DNA of 64,000 bases from a virus. This document shows, one piece after another, positions 29,908 to 39,577 of the stretch (positions within the stretch are counted from its first letter, which is position 1; the number at the start of each line of letters is the position of its first letter). Location: positions 19,932 to 83,931 of the IMG/VR virus record IMGVR_UViG_3300026484_000333. One strand, given 5' to 3'. The notes below the pieces were generated by a model. The model was not told where the DNA came from, ran no database searches, and saw nothing but the letters and a program-made list of their open reading frames with translations. The position numbers and the translations under genes were made by a program.

Positions 29908-30269
29908 TTTTGTTTTTTAATTGCTTTTGGTAATTTATATTTAAAGAAATGATATATTTTTACAGCATAATAAAAAAGATAGCTTGTAAATTTTCCAACT
30001 TTTAAATCAAGTAAGCAATTTAGAAAGCATTTGTCCGCTTTATCATAAAGCTCTAAATCACATAAATAATCGTGTAAAATGGCACAAGGCAAATAATCAG
30101 GTCGATATTTTGTATAATTAAACAAATAAGCTATATAAGGCACAGAAGCCCCGTCGCTTACAAAACCTTCAGGAATTATAATATCTTTATATTTAACTTT
30201 CTTTTTAAGTTTTACCTTATTATTTTTAAGTGGTTGAAATATAAAGTCACTGTATTTTAATCTGCCCAA
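29898..30269 (-). CDS. DUF1353-like protein
   Basis: IPEGFVSDGASVP...AILHDYLC...AD..F motif. Confidence 0.85.
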   Translation of the reverse strand: MGRLKYSDFIFQPLKNNKVKLKKKVKYKDIIIPEGFVSDGASVPYIAYLFNYTKYRPDYLPCAILHDYLCDLELYDKADKCFLNCLLDLKVGKFTSYLFYYAVKIYHFFKYKLPKAIKKQNQL

Positions 30270-30889
30270 GTTTCCCCCTTTAACATTCTACATATAGTAG
30301 AATGTTGTGTATTAAATATTCTGGCTAATTTACAACAAGAATATCCTAAATTATGCAAATCTCTAATAGCGTTGTTTCTTTCTTCATTTAACACATTAAT
30401 TCTTGTGTTTCTTGCTTGTAATTTATAAGTTGCCAACCTGCAATTGTTTGGCTCATAATTACCGTTAACATTTATTCTATCAATACTTAACTTTTTTGCA
30501 ATTTGTAATTTTTCATCTTCCGATAAATTTTCTTTAATATTGTTTTTTACATAATTATCAAGTTCTTTTAAAAACCATTTTTTAAATAATAAATAATTAT
30601 TTTTCCATTCATCACAAATTTTAATACCCCTTCCTCCATAATTTTTATAAGCTTTACTTTTTGTATTGTAACACCTCTTTAAAATATCTTTATATCTACT
30701 ATAAATAAAATGATATTTGGAGCTACTAACACTATCCCCTTCAACAGAACTATTACTCTTTATACAACCACAAGAATATCTTTTCTCACCATAATCTTTT
30801 CTAACTTGAATTACTTTTCCACAAAAAGGACATTTAAAATCACTATAAATTTTACCTTTTTTTCTAATATCATTTCCAACATATATCAT
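30257..30889 (-). CDS. HNH homing endonuclease
   Basis: SCGC, YGGRGIKICDEW and SIDRINVNGNYEPNNCRLA motifs; C-terminal HTH. Confidence 0.9.
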   Translation of the reverse strand: MIYVGNDIRKKGKIYSDFKCPFCGKVIQVRKDYGEKRYSCGCIKSNSSVEGDSVSSSKYHFIYSRYKDILKRCYNTKSKAYKNYGGRGIKICDEWKNNYLLFKKWFLKELDNYVKNNIKENLSEDEKLQIAKKLSIDRINVNGNYEPNNCRLATYKLQARNTRINVLNEERNNAIRDLHNLGYSCCKLARIFNTQHSTICRMLKGETWAD

Positions 30890-30958
30890 AACACAATCCT
30901 TATTAATTAAATCTATGATTTTTTAAAAGTTGTAACCATATATCACTATATCTTAACA

Positions 30959-31477
30959 TTATTCCTCCCAATTTATAGCGTCAAGTTCTTCTAAACTTAC
31001 CGCTTTTTTTGCTTTTTTTCTTAATGCTATTTTTTTATTCCATAATGTTGAATAATTAACACCAAGTTCTGTTAGCATTTTTTTAATTTCATCAACTTCT
31101 ACTTCGTGGTCTTCATCATAAAAATCACCGACAATTGTTACTTTTAAACCTAAATCAAGTGCCAATTCATATCCGGCTTTTAATTTTTGAATATCATCAA
31201 AATCTGCGTCCATTGTAATTCCATTTGAACAAGTAAAACCATTTTTTATAAAATAATTAAAAGCAGATTTTATTTCTTCAATTTTCAATTCTTTTGCTTT
31301 TTCTAAAATTAGTTCTTCATCAGGAATAATATTTCCATTTTCATCAAGTTTATAAAAAGGAAATCTTGCTTCTGGCAGTTTATTTGTTAAAACAAAACCT
31401 TCCCTATCTTTATAATCTTCTTCGTTTTCAACTTCAACAGGTATTAATCTTCTTTCTTCATTTATAAAAAATAACAT
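30959..31477 (-). CDS. Tail fibre assembly-like protein (DUF4376 type)
   Basis: AKELKIEEIK...SLEELDAINW pattern; follows the fibre genes. Confidence 0.75.
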   Translation of the reverse strand: MLFFINEERRLIPVEVENEEDYKDREGFVLTNKLPEARFPFYKLDENGNIIPDEELILEKAKELKIEEIKSAFNYFIKNGFTCSNGITMDADFDDIQKLKAGYELALDLGLKVTIVGDFYDEDHEVEVDEIKKMLTELGVNYSTLWNKKIALRKKAKKAVSLEELDAINWEE

Positions 31478-32454
31478 TATTTTCCTCCTTCGGCTTGATA
31501 AATTAAATTAGCTTCGCTTTCTGTCAAGTTTCTTGTAAAAATTCTCAAATTATCAACTGCTCCTGCTTTTCTATAACCACTGCTTCTGCCCCAACCAAAA
31601 ACGCATAGATAATTAGTAAAATACATATTATATTTTGCAATTTTACTGCAATTTTGTTTTAAAGTTTGTTTTTTTCCATTAATAAAAATATCACCATATT
31701 CAAATTTTCTAAAATTTACTGAAACGTGAATCCATTTATTTTTATATTTATTAATATCAACTCCAAAATTATCGCCATTGGCGGAATTGAATCCAAGTTT
31801 TCCACTGCTACAAACATATAAATCGCAATTATAAAAGCCAATAGGCATTTGATAATTTACTCCATTCCATTTAAACCAAAAGCTGATATTTAATTCTTTT
31901 GTATCTTTATTAAAAGGTAATTTATTAATTTTAAGCTGTCCTCCGTTAGAATAAACAGCTAATTTTTCTTTGCCTTCTACATATGTTATGCTTCCGCTTT
32001 TTGTAGCTTCATATTTTCCGCTTACATCAACCAAGCTACTATTAAATTTAAACAAGGCAATTCCGCTTTTATCATCAAAAAAATCAACTTTATCAGCTGG
32101 GGGAATATTCATAATTACCGTGCCTTTATCACCAATCCAAACATTATCATCTTTATCATTTTTTAAACATTCAAATTTTTCTAAAGTTTTAATATTTAAC
32201 CAAACAAAACCTTTAAATAAAGGATTGGTTGTTACCTGCGGATTATTTAAGCCGATAACATTTGCTATATTTTTAGGAAATTTGTCAGCAATTTTTAATT
32301 TGCCTTGATTTATTAAATCACGAATTTTTTGATTTTCTACATTTTCTTTTAAAAAGCACTTATAAATAAAATTTTGTTTATCAACATTTAAAACTACAAT
32401 TAAATCATCTTTTTTACCTGAAACTTTACTATCTAAATTTTCTACTAACATCAA
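31477..32454 (-). CDS. Receptor-binding/fibre protein with LamG domain
   Basis: ISFWFKW, WIHVSV, IFING and VDNLRIFTRNLTESE motifs. Confidence 0.8.
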   Translation of the reverse strand: MMLVENLDSKVSGKKDDLIVVLNVDKQNFIYKCFLKENVENQKIRDLINQGKLKIADKFPKNIANVIGLNNPQVTTNPLFKGFVWLNIKTLEKFECLKNDKDDNVWIGDKGTVIMNIPPADKVDFFDDKSGIALFKFNSSLVDVSGKYEATKSGSITYVEGKEKLAVYSNGGQLKINKLPFNKDTKELNISFWFKWNGVNYQMPIGFYNCDLYVCSSGKLGFNSANGDNFGVDINKYKNKWIHVSVNFRKFEYGDIFINGKKQTLKQNCSKIAKYNMYFTNYLCVFGWGRSSGYRKAGAVDNLRIFTRNLTESEANLIYQAEGGK

Positions 32455-32466
32455 AACTCCTTATTT

Positions 32467-34029
32467 TTAATTAATTTGGTATCCCCAAAGTTCGTCTTTA
32501 TAAACATTGCCGTTTCCGTCCGTCCAATAAACAACAAAACTTGAATTATCGCTTTCTTTCACCCCGCCTATAACAAATGCAGGTTTATCTAATGGCTCTA
32601 GCAATGCAGTAGCATTATCATCATTTGCTATAAAATTGATAAACAGCATATTTCTTTTTGTATCATTGCCATCACCATCATTATTAATTAATTTTAATCC
32701 ATTAGGCAAGTTGTAAAATTTAATGCTGTCCTCGTCGCAATCAACTTCCATTCTTGTTGCGTCAGCTATGCTTGTATATTTGGAACTTGTAGCTCTGATA
32801 TGTAGATGTTTTTTGCCGTTTGAATCGTTATACCAATCAATTCTGGCTTGTGCTGGATAAGCACTACCCAAACCAAAATTATAACCCACCCAATTATCTG
32901 CACTTGTTGTGTTTTTGTAAGCTTGATATGTTCCCATATCACCAGCCACAATATCATAAACATTAATATTTGAGCTTGTAACATCAACGCCTAAACCAAG
33001 CGTTCCTGTAGTCCAATTATATTTTAAGCTTTTTCCTAATGTGGAACTTCCGTTATAGTTATCATCTTGGCTTACAACAACATCATAATTTACATAATCA
33101 TTAGTTTTAACAACTAACGTTTTCCATTCGTTTGAATTGCCTTTTCTTCTAACAATAATTTCTTCTGCGGAATTATCATAAATTAACTGCCCACCTTTTG
33201 GGTATTCATTGATATCGTTTTTCCAATCTTCAATTTTTTGGTGAACAACATCTTGTGAATTTGCAGGTAAATAAATCCAGCTATCGCTCCATAAAACAAA
33301 ACCTGAATATTTAATTTCTTTATTTGCTATTAATGAGGTTTTACCTTTAAACCAACCAAAATGCCCGTTTGAATTATAAATAGCAAGATTTTGATTTTCA
33401 TAATCAATCCAATAATATCCATCTTCGGGCGTTCCTTGTCCTGTAGCCGGGTATCCTGTAACATAATTAATGCGGTTTTCTATAGAACGATTAATATCCC
33501 AACCAAAACTACCACGAGCTTTAATCGCATTTGAGCGTCCACAATATAAAGTATAATTGTTTGTATTACCATCAATAGCTATACCAGCTCCAATAACGCC
33601 ATATTGATTAACAACAAATTGTACTGATGATGTATAAGCTTGTATAACTTTTTCGCTATGTGTAAAAATTCTCAACGGCGTAACACCCTTGTTATCTACA
33701 GTTGTATCAATATTTAATGCTGAATTTGTGCCTTGTGGGTTATGTTGTAAATAAGGGCTTGTTGTTGCTTTATCACCATTAATTTTGTATAAAAACTTTC
33801 CATTTTCACCTTCAATCGTTGTTCCATATTTTAATTTTAAAAGCTGTCCGTTATCAATCGCATCCGTTACGCTTACCCCGACAACATCAGCAGGATTAGC
33901 TACCAAGACATAATGCTCAAATTCATCTTGGTCAACCTCAACTTTTATAATGTCACCTTTTTTAAATTTATCAAGTTCTTCAGATTGAATATCAACCACA
34001 GCTATTTCTGTGTGAGTAAAAATTGCCAT
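32467..34029 (-). CDS. Fibre-like structural protein
   Basis: Gly/Asn/Thr-rich beta protein; N-terminus resembles that of 20742-21791; late motif at 34061-34068. Confidence 0.6.
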   Translation of the reverse strand: MAIFTHTEIAVVDIQSEELDKFKKGDIIKVEVDQDEFEHYVLVANPADVVGVSVTDAIDNGQLLKLKYGTTIEGENGKFLYKINGDKATTSPYLQHNPQGTNSALNIDTTVDNKGVTPLRIFTHSEKVIQAYTSSVQFVVNQYGVIGAGIAIDGNTNNYTLYCGRSNAIKARGSFGWDINRSIENRINYVTGYPATGQGTPEDGYYWIDYENQNLAIYNSNGHFGWFKGKTSLIANKEIKYSGFVLWSDSWIYLPANSQDVVHQKIEDWKNDINEYPKGGQLIYDNSAEEIIVRRKGNSNEWKTLVVKTNDYVNYDVVVSQDDNYNGSSTLGKSLKYNWTTGTLGLGVDVTSSNINVYDIVAGDMGTYQAYKNTTSADNWVGYNFGLGSAYPAQARIDWYNDSNGKKHLHIRATSSKYTSIADATRMEVDCDEDSIKFYNLPNGLKLINNDGDGNDTKRNMLFINFIANDDNATALLEPLDKPAFVIGGVKESDNSSFVVYWTDGNGNVYKDELWGYQIN

Positions 34030-34101
34030 TTTTATTTTCTCCTTCTTATAGCTTTACTTATATATCAGCTTTATAAATTGATTAAAAAATTTACAATTTT
34101 G

Positions 34102-34258
34102 TAAAGGATTTTATACAAGAGTTTTGGCAAAATTTCACACATTTTATAAAAAATCTTTTATACAAAAATTGCTCAAATGCCCATAAATTCGGACTTTTGT
34201 AAATTGTCTGAAAGTGTCCGGAGCCTTAAAGTTTATATTTATATCCAACAAAAATTTC
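34102..34258 (-). repeat. Dispersed ~150-bp intergenic element, copy 3 (inverted)
   Basis: Reverse complement of the conserved blocks in copies 1 and 2. Confidence 0.95.
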
Positions 34259-34353
34259 ATTTTTTTTATTCTATAAACTGATATATAAATAAAGTTATAA
34301 AAATAAACAAATTCATAATTTATGTTTTATGTTTTATAATTTATATTTTAATC

Positions 34354-34382
34354 TTGACAATAGATGGATTTTTAGGTAGAAT
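34354..34382 (+). promoter_or_regulatory. Sigma70 promoter of the plus-strand operon
   Basis: TTGACA-N17-TAGAAT upstream of 34408. Confidence 0.75.
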
Positions 34383-34407
34383 TAAATAAAAAAAGAAAGG
34401 AGCATAA

Positions 34408-36276
34408 ATGAATAGAATGAATAAATTGATTGAATTAATCGAAAAAGAAAAAAAAGAAAGAAAAAAAATTGAAAAAATTTTGATAAAAAGAAAAGATAAA
34501 AAAGTTGCAATCAAGCCAAACTCATTTAATGAATTAGCTCAATTGCTTAAAAATTATACAATAATTTTATATCAAATGTCAAGAGTTTTATCAAATTTTT
34601 CTAACAAAAATTCAGGAATTCTTAACAATTTGTTATTTTTGTTAGAAAAATTTAACAATTCGTCAAGTTTTTATAGAAATTATAAACATTTTGTTATGGC
34701 AATAATCGAAGGAAAAATCGAGCCACAATTTGTTGCCCAAAATTTCGCTCAATTTTATATTGCCCTTACTTCAACGCATTTTGAAACCAAAGGTTTGAGC
34801 TTTGTTGCAAATCCTTATCAAGCTACGCAAATTGATAAAGCAAGACCGAATACAAAATATGGAAAATTCAGCTATATTAGAAAACAGGGATATGAGCAGA
34901 ATTTAGGTCTGACTTTTGACAGTGAAAGCTATGATGTTGTTGAATATTTTAAAATGATAACAAATGACAAATGTGCGTTTTTTACACCAAACAACAAATA
35001 TTCTAAAAATTCATTAAGATTTGATGTTGATGATAAAACTTTGAATATGGATGAAATGGAAATTTTGATTAGAACTGCGATGGACAAATTGAACATAAAC
35101 GGTGAAGTCGAAATCGTCGAAACAACGAAAGGTTGGCAGTTTGCTGTTTATGTTCCGTTGTTTTTCGTTAAAACTTTTTATGATAAAAATGATTATGTTG
35201 TTGAGCAGATTTTCGTTAGTGATAGAAAAACAACAAAAGCATTTAAGGCATATCAAAAATTCAACGAAAAATTTGTTGAGATTTTAGAAAATTTGGCGGT
35301 TGAGCTTTTTAATGTCAAATTAGAAATTGACAAATTTGCAGTAGAACAAGAAAAAGTTAGAATTTGGAGAAATGCAAAAGCCCACAATCATCGCTATTTT
35401 TCGGTGGTTGAAAACGAAAAATCAACGATTTTAGAAATGATTGATTTGCCAAAATTAGAACAAAAAGAAAATTTTGTCAATCATTTTGAAGCCAAAAAAG
35501 CAAATGAAATTGAACTCCGCAACAAAATGCCGAATGTTTATAAGTTCTTTAAAAAACACAACTTTTCAATGCCGAAAATCAAATGCGGATTGATTGGCAA
35601 AATGAGCGAAAATACCGAAAGTTTTTATCTTACAAAAGCAATTGTTCACAAATTTATAATTGATTATAATCATTTAGAAAATTTTGATGTTTTGTTGTTG
35701 GATTTGGCAGAAATGATAGAACTTGATTTTAGGAATATTTATCAAGAAGAAAAATCAATTGAAAATATAAATGTTGTGATTGATTATTATTTAGAAAATT
35801 TTGATGTTTATTTAACCGCCCAGAAAACCGCAAGAAGCCGAATGTTTGTTAAAAGTGCGAAAGCACTTGATAACATAAGAAAAAATAGAAATAATTTAGA
35901 TGAAATGAAACAAAAAATTGAAAAAAGCAAAAATGAACTTGAAAAATTTAAAAATAACGATGAAAATAAATTGTCAATTAGGAAAATGTCCGAAGAATTG
36001 AAGAAAATTGCTTTTGATTTGCCAAAATCAACGCTTTATGAATATATCAAAAAAGAAAATGTTGATATTTTAGTTGAAATGATTGAAATGTTGTATAGAT
36101 ATGTTATAATTTTAATGAACGGCAGTGAAAAAGAACAGCAAAAAGCAATTCAATTGTTCGAAATTATCGAACAGTTACAAGGTGCGGTCAATTATGTTAT
36201 AGCTATGATGAAGTTTGATTTGGTTGAAAATGAAAAATTACGAAAATTTTTTTATGTTGAAAAACGGAAGGAATAA
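34408..36276 (+). CDS. Putative replication initiator: AEP/primase-like Rep with C-terminal HTH
   Basis: LRFDVDD (DxD), ETTKGWQF and RIWRN..H resemble AEP motifs I-III; HTH LSIRKMSEEL...LPKSTLYEYIK. Confidence 0.55.
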   Translation: MNRMNKLIELIEKEKKERKKIEKILIKRKDKKVAIKPNSFNELAQLLKNYTIILYQMSRVLSNFSNKNSGILNNLLFLLEKFNNSSSFYRNYKHFVMAIIEGKIEPQFVAQNFAQFYIALTSTHFETKGLSFVANPYQATQIDKARPNTKYGKFSYIRKQGYEQNLGLTFDSESYDVVEYFKMITNDKCAFFTPNNKYSKNSLRFDVDDKTLNMDEMEILIRTAMDKLNINGEVEIVETTKGWQFAVYVPLFFVKTFYDKNDYVVEQIFVSDRKTTKAFKAYQKFNEKFVEILENLAVELFNVKLEIDKFAVEQEKVRIWRNAKAHNHRYFSVVENEKSTILEMIDLPKLEQKENFVNHFEAKKANEIELRNKMPNVYKFFKKHNFSMPKIKCGLIGKMSENTESFYLTKAIVHKFIIDYNHLENFDVLLLDLAEMIELDFRNIYQEEKSIENINVVIDYYLENFDVYLTAQKTARSRMFVKSAKALDNIRKNRNNLDEMKQKIEKSKNELEKFKNNDENKLSIRKMSEELKKIAFDLPKSTLYEYIKKENVDILVEMIEMLYRYVIILMNGSEKEQQKAIQLFEIIEQLQGAVNYVIAMMKFDLVENEKLRKFFYVEKRKE

Positions 36277-36278
36277 AA

Positions 36279-36536
36279 ATGAAAAAGCTAAATTATAACA
36301 AAGCAAGAAAATTTTATAATGAAGCAAAATTGTTTGTAAAAGAAAATGGTTATCCTACAAATGTTCCAAAAGCATTTTGGGAACTTTATGTTATGGTTGG
36401 ACATTTTTCTGTTAAATTTAAAAGAACGCCAAATGAAGACGAATATGAATTAATGATTAGTTTATTTCCTGAAGAAGAACAAAAGGAAATTAGGAAATTT
36501 TCGCTTTTAGTCCAAGAAACATTAGATGGAGAATAA
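36279..36536 (+). CDS. Hypothetical protein
   Basis: ORF in tightly packed operon, with RBS. Confidence 0.7.
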   Translation: MKKLNYNKARKFYNEAKLFVKENGYPTNVPKAFWELYVMVGHFSVKFKRTPNEDEYELMISLFPEEEQKEIRKFSLLVQETLDGE

Positions 36537-36538
36537 AA

Positions 36539-36784
36539 ATGCAAGTTACAAAATCAAATCTTTATAATTTAATAGCAAATGATTTTATGTTATCAAAGCT
36601 TTGGGAAGAAAATTTGGCTTGGTATCAATATTATAAAAGCAAAAATGAAGAAAATGGAATGAGCTATACAAAATATATGGCTTATTTGGATTTGCACCAA
36701 AAATGCGTTGAACTGAAAAAAGAAAAATTAGACAAACAAGAAGAAAAAATAATAAAAGATTTTGTTAATTTTTATTTTAGTTGA
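36539..36784 (+). CDS. Hypothetical protein
   Basis: ORF in operon, with GGAG RBS. Confidence 0.7.
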   Translation: MQVTKSNLYNLIANDFMLSKLWEENLAWYQYYKSKNEENGMSYTKYMAYLDLHQKCVELKKEKLDKQEEKIIKDFVNFYFS

Positions 36785-37281
36785 AAAGGAAAAATATGAA
36801 ATTAATAAAAGCTGATTGGTCGTTTGGGCTTGAAAATATAAAAGAAAAATTAGAAAAGCAGAAAATTCATCTTACCGAAAAGCAATATGACGTTATAACG
36901 CCCGTTGCCTTGCCCTCAAAAAATTATGATGAATTAAGAAATGCTTATATGAAATCGGTGCAAAAATTAAGAAGATATTATCATATTCCTGCATTTAGCA
37001 ATGTTAAAATGGTATATTTTAACAATATGAGTTGGTTTGTTTATTCTAAAGCTTATTTAGAAGAATGGTTGGCGTTTATTTTGCGTGAGGCAAATATTAA
37101 ACTGCCCGATTATATTTTTGAGCCTCATAAATTATCCGATAAAGTTATCGACAAGGAACTTAAGTTTTTTATTAAACCAAAAGAAAAAGCTCAATTTGAT
37201 TTGGTCAAAGTTTTCTATGAAAATAAAGCAATCGGTTATAATGCAATTAATGAAATTTTAAATTTTAAGGAAATTAGATGA
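36781..37281 (+). CDS. Hypothetical protein
   Basis: ORF in operon. Confidence 0.7.
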   Translation: MKRKNMKLIKADWSFGLENIKEKLEKQKIHLTEKQYDVITPVALPSKNYDELRNAYMKSVQKLRRYYHIPAFSNVKMVYFNNMSWFVYSKAYLEEWLAFILREANIKLPDYIFEPHKLSDKVIDKELKFFIKPKEKAQFDLVKVFYENKAIGYNAINEILNFKEIR

Positions 37282-37532
37282 TGTTAAAAAGAAAAATAAA
37301 TTTTGACAGGCTGAAATTTATTTTAGATAATTTGAATAAAAATGTTGAGGTTGTCGGTTATGTTTATTCTCCTTCTTATAAAATTGAAGTTAAAATTGGA
37401 GTAATTTGCTATGAAATTTTGCTAAAAACATTAAAATTTTTAAATAAAAATAAAGAATTTTACGAAATTGTTGGTTTTTTACATAAAAAACAAATAAAAA
37501 TCGTCGAATTTTATGAAAATGACAAAATTTAA
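37278..37532 (+). CDS. Hypothetical protein
   Basis: ATGA overlap with the upstream gene. Confidence 0.6.
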   Translation: MMLKRKINFDRLKFILDNLNKNVEVVGYVYSPSYKIEVKIGVICYEILLKTLKFLNKNKEFYEIVGFLHKKQIKIVEFYENDKI

Positions 37533-37541
37533 AGGAAAAAA

Positions 37542-38081
37542 ATGCAAAAAAACGAAAAAAATTTGCTAATTTTGCCGATTTTTGAGCTATTTCCTTCAAA
37601 AAATATTGAAAGTTGGTTTGGAACGTTAACTTTTCAACGTTTAGCGAACTTATTTTATTATATAAAGCAAAAAGAACTTGGGGATTTAGCTGAAGATTTA
37701 AACGAAATTAGCAAGGAATTGGCATTTGCAAGTTATCTCAAAACTTATAAAACTTTGGATTATTTTTATGTTTTAATTAAAAATGATAAATTTGTTGGCG
37801 TGATTAGCTTTGATATTTCACAAGAAAATATATATTTTAAGCAAGGCAAATATTTGATATTCGCCCAAACAGGATTAGTTACAAACGAAATTTCGGATTT
37901 TTGGTTTTTGATGCGGAATTTACGTAATTTGACGGATAAAATTATAGAAAAAGAACAACCTAATTTTGCAATTGCTTATTTAAAAAATGTAAGTCATAAT
38001 AAACGATTTTTAAATTATGTAGAAAAAGAACATAATTTAAAAGTAAATTTGGTTTATAATTTAACTTATGGAGCATTTTAA
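37542..38081 (+). CDS. Hypothetical protein (possible GNAT-like fold)
   Basis: YFYVLIKNDKFVGVISF strand pattern; weak. Confidence 0.45.
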   Translation: MQKNEKNLLILPIFELFPSKNIESWFGTLTFQRLANLFYYIKQKELGDLAEDLNEISKELAFASYLKTYKTLDYFYVLIKNDKFVGVISFDISQENIYFKQGKYLIFAQTGLVTNEISDFWFLMRNLRNLTDKIIEKEQPNFAIAYLKNVSHNKRFLNYVEKEHNLKVNLVYNLTYGAF

Positions 38082-38359
38082 TGAAAACAAATTTGATTTT
38101 ATCCGATAAAAAGCTCGGCAAGGAAAACGACCAAAAAATTGTTGATTTGATTCGAGAAGTTTATCCTTATTTATCATTAGACGCAGTAGCAAAACTTACA
38201 GGATTATCAAAAACAAAAGTTAAAGAAATTTTAAAAGCGAATAATATAAACAAGGAAAACGACCCGAGCTGGTATAATAATGTTCCGATTGTTATTTGGC
38301 TACCAAGCGAATTTTATGATAAAGTTGATGTAGAAAATTTGAAATTTATTGAAAAATAG
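38081..38359 (+). CDS. HTH DNA-binding protein
   Basis: LSLDAVAKLTGLSKTKVKEIL. Confidence 0.7.
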   Translation: MKTNLILSDKKLGKENDQKIVDLIREVYPYLSLDAVAKLTGLSKTKVKEILKANNINKENDPSWYNNVPIVIWLPSEFYDKVDVENLKFIEK

Positions 38360-38421
38360 CTTGACATATGCAATGATAAAATGTTATAATTTATTGATGA
38401 AAAATTTAAAAGGAGCGACAA

Positions 38422-38871
38422 ATGAACGAAATTAGCTTATCTGCTTATTTAAAGCAAATGCTTGAGCCGGAAATTGCAATTGCAATTTGTAACCACAAAT
38501 TTGGTAAAGATTTTAAGGAAGATTTAAAAAAAGAAAAATTATTGCAATATTTGCTTGATAGGTTGCTTGTAAATGAAGATTTATCAGCAAATATGTATGA
38601 TTTTGTTGAGGTTGTTGGTTATATTATGCAACAGGAATTCAAAAATTATGGGCAATTTTATATTGAAGTTGACGAACTTGATAATGTTTTTTATGTTTTG
38701 GTCGGTAAAATGGCACAAGCAGGAATACCAAAAGCTTATGTTAAACAATTTTTGGTTGATTGCTTCAAATCGTTTTATGGTTTGATTAATAAAAAAATTC
38801 CTGATTTGGTATTTGAATACCAAAATAAAAAAGAACAATTGCCAAATCAACTTTCAGGATTTGACAAATGA
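38422..38871 (+). CDS. Hypothetical protein
   Basis: TTGACA-N18-TATAAT at 38361-38390; AAGGAG RBS. Confidence 0.7.
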   Translation: MNEISLSAYLKQMLEPEIAIAICNHKFGKDFKEDLKKEKLLQYLLDRLLVNEDLSANMYDFVEVVGYIMQQEFKNYGQFYIEVDELDNVFYVLVGKMAQAGIPKAYVKQFLVDCFKSFYGLINKKIPDLVFEYQNKKEQLPNQLSGFDK

Positions 38872-39173
38872 TTGAAAGAAAATTAAGTTGCCATCAAGTT
38901 CAGAAAGTTATGGATTTGTTTTATTTTAAAAAAGCAACCATAACTAAAATTGCCCAATATTATAAAGTTGGTTATAAAACGATTCAATATATTGTACAAG
39001 GCAAAACTTATCGTGATTGTTGGCGTTATGATAGATACAGCTGGGAAAATGAAAACGATTTCAAACTTGCTTATCAGCATAGAAAACGTGAAAACATCAA
39101 AAATTTTGGAAACGGTAGGAAATCGCAAAAAATTGAATTCCTGTTAGAAGAACTAAAAAAAGGAAATGTTTGA
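38868..39173 (+). CDS. HTH DNA-binding protein
   Basis: TITKIAQYYKVGYKTIQYIVQGKTY. Confidence 0.7.
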   Translation: MIERKLSCHQVQKVMDLFYFKKATITKIAQYYKVGYKTIQYIVQGKTYRDCWRYDRYSWENENDFKLAYQHRKRENIKNFGNGRKSQKIEFLLEELKKGNV

Positions 39174-39409
39174 AAACAATTTGGCTTGTCAAATGCCTAA
39201 AATGCAATGATGAAGTTGAAAATGGAAAATGCAAATGCGGAAATGTTGGCGTTAGAAAAAAAGGAAACCAAATTTTGGCTTTGTTTTGTGATGATTTGCG
39301 AACTTGTAATTTGAAAAAAATTATAAAATACAAAAATTTGATAATAAAGGAAAAAAGCTGGTTTCCTTTTAGCTTTGCCAAAATTGAAAAAGTTGAAATG
39401 GAGGTATGA
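39170..39409 (+). CDS. Small Zn-finger protein
   Basis: CLKC...CKCGN. Confidence 0.65.
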   Translation: MKTIWLVKCLKCNDEVENGKCKCGNVGVRKKGNQILALFCDDLRTCNLKKIIKYKNLIIKEKSWFPFSFAKIEKVEMEV

Positions 39410-39484
39410 ATGGATTTTTATTTTAGCTTTATTTTAGTTGGTTTTATTTATTTGTTTTCACTTTTAATTTTAAAGGAACTTTGA
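39410..39484 (+). CDS. 24-aa single-TM peptide (not in the ORF track)
   Basis: GGAGG RBS then MDFYFSFILVGFIYLFSLLILKEL*. Confidence 0.5.
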   Translation: MDFYFSFILVGFIYLFSLLILKEL

Positions 39485-39565
39485 ATGCTTGAGGAAATAA
39501 TTTTTCTGGTTAGTTTTTTTATGTTTTTAATTATTGTAGTTGTTGAACTTAAGAATAAAAAATAA
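39485..39565 (+). CDS. 26-aa single-TM peptide (not in the ORF track)
   Basis: AAGGA RBS then MLEEIIFLVSFFMFLIIVVVELKNKK*. Confidence 0.5.
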   Translation: MLEEIIFLVSFFMFLIIVVVELKNKK

Positions 39566-39577
39566 AGGAGTTTTTAA

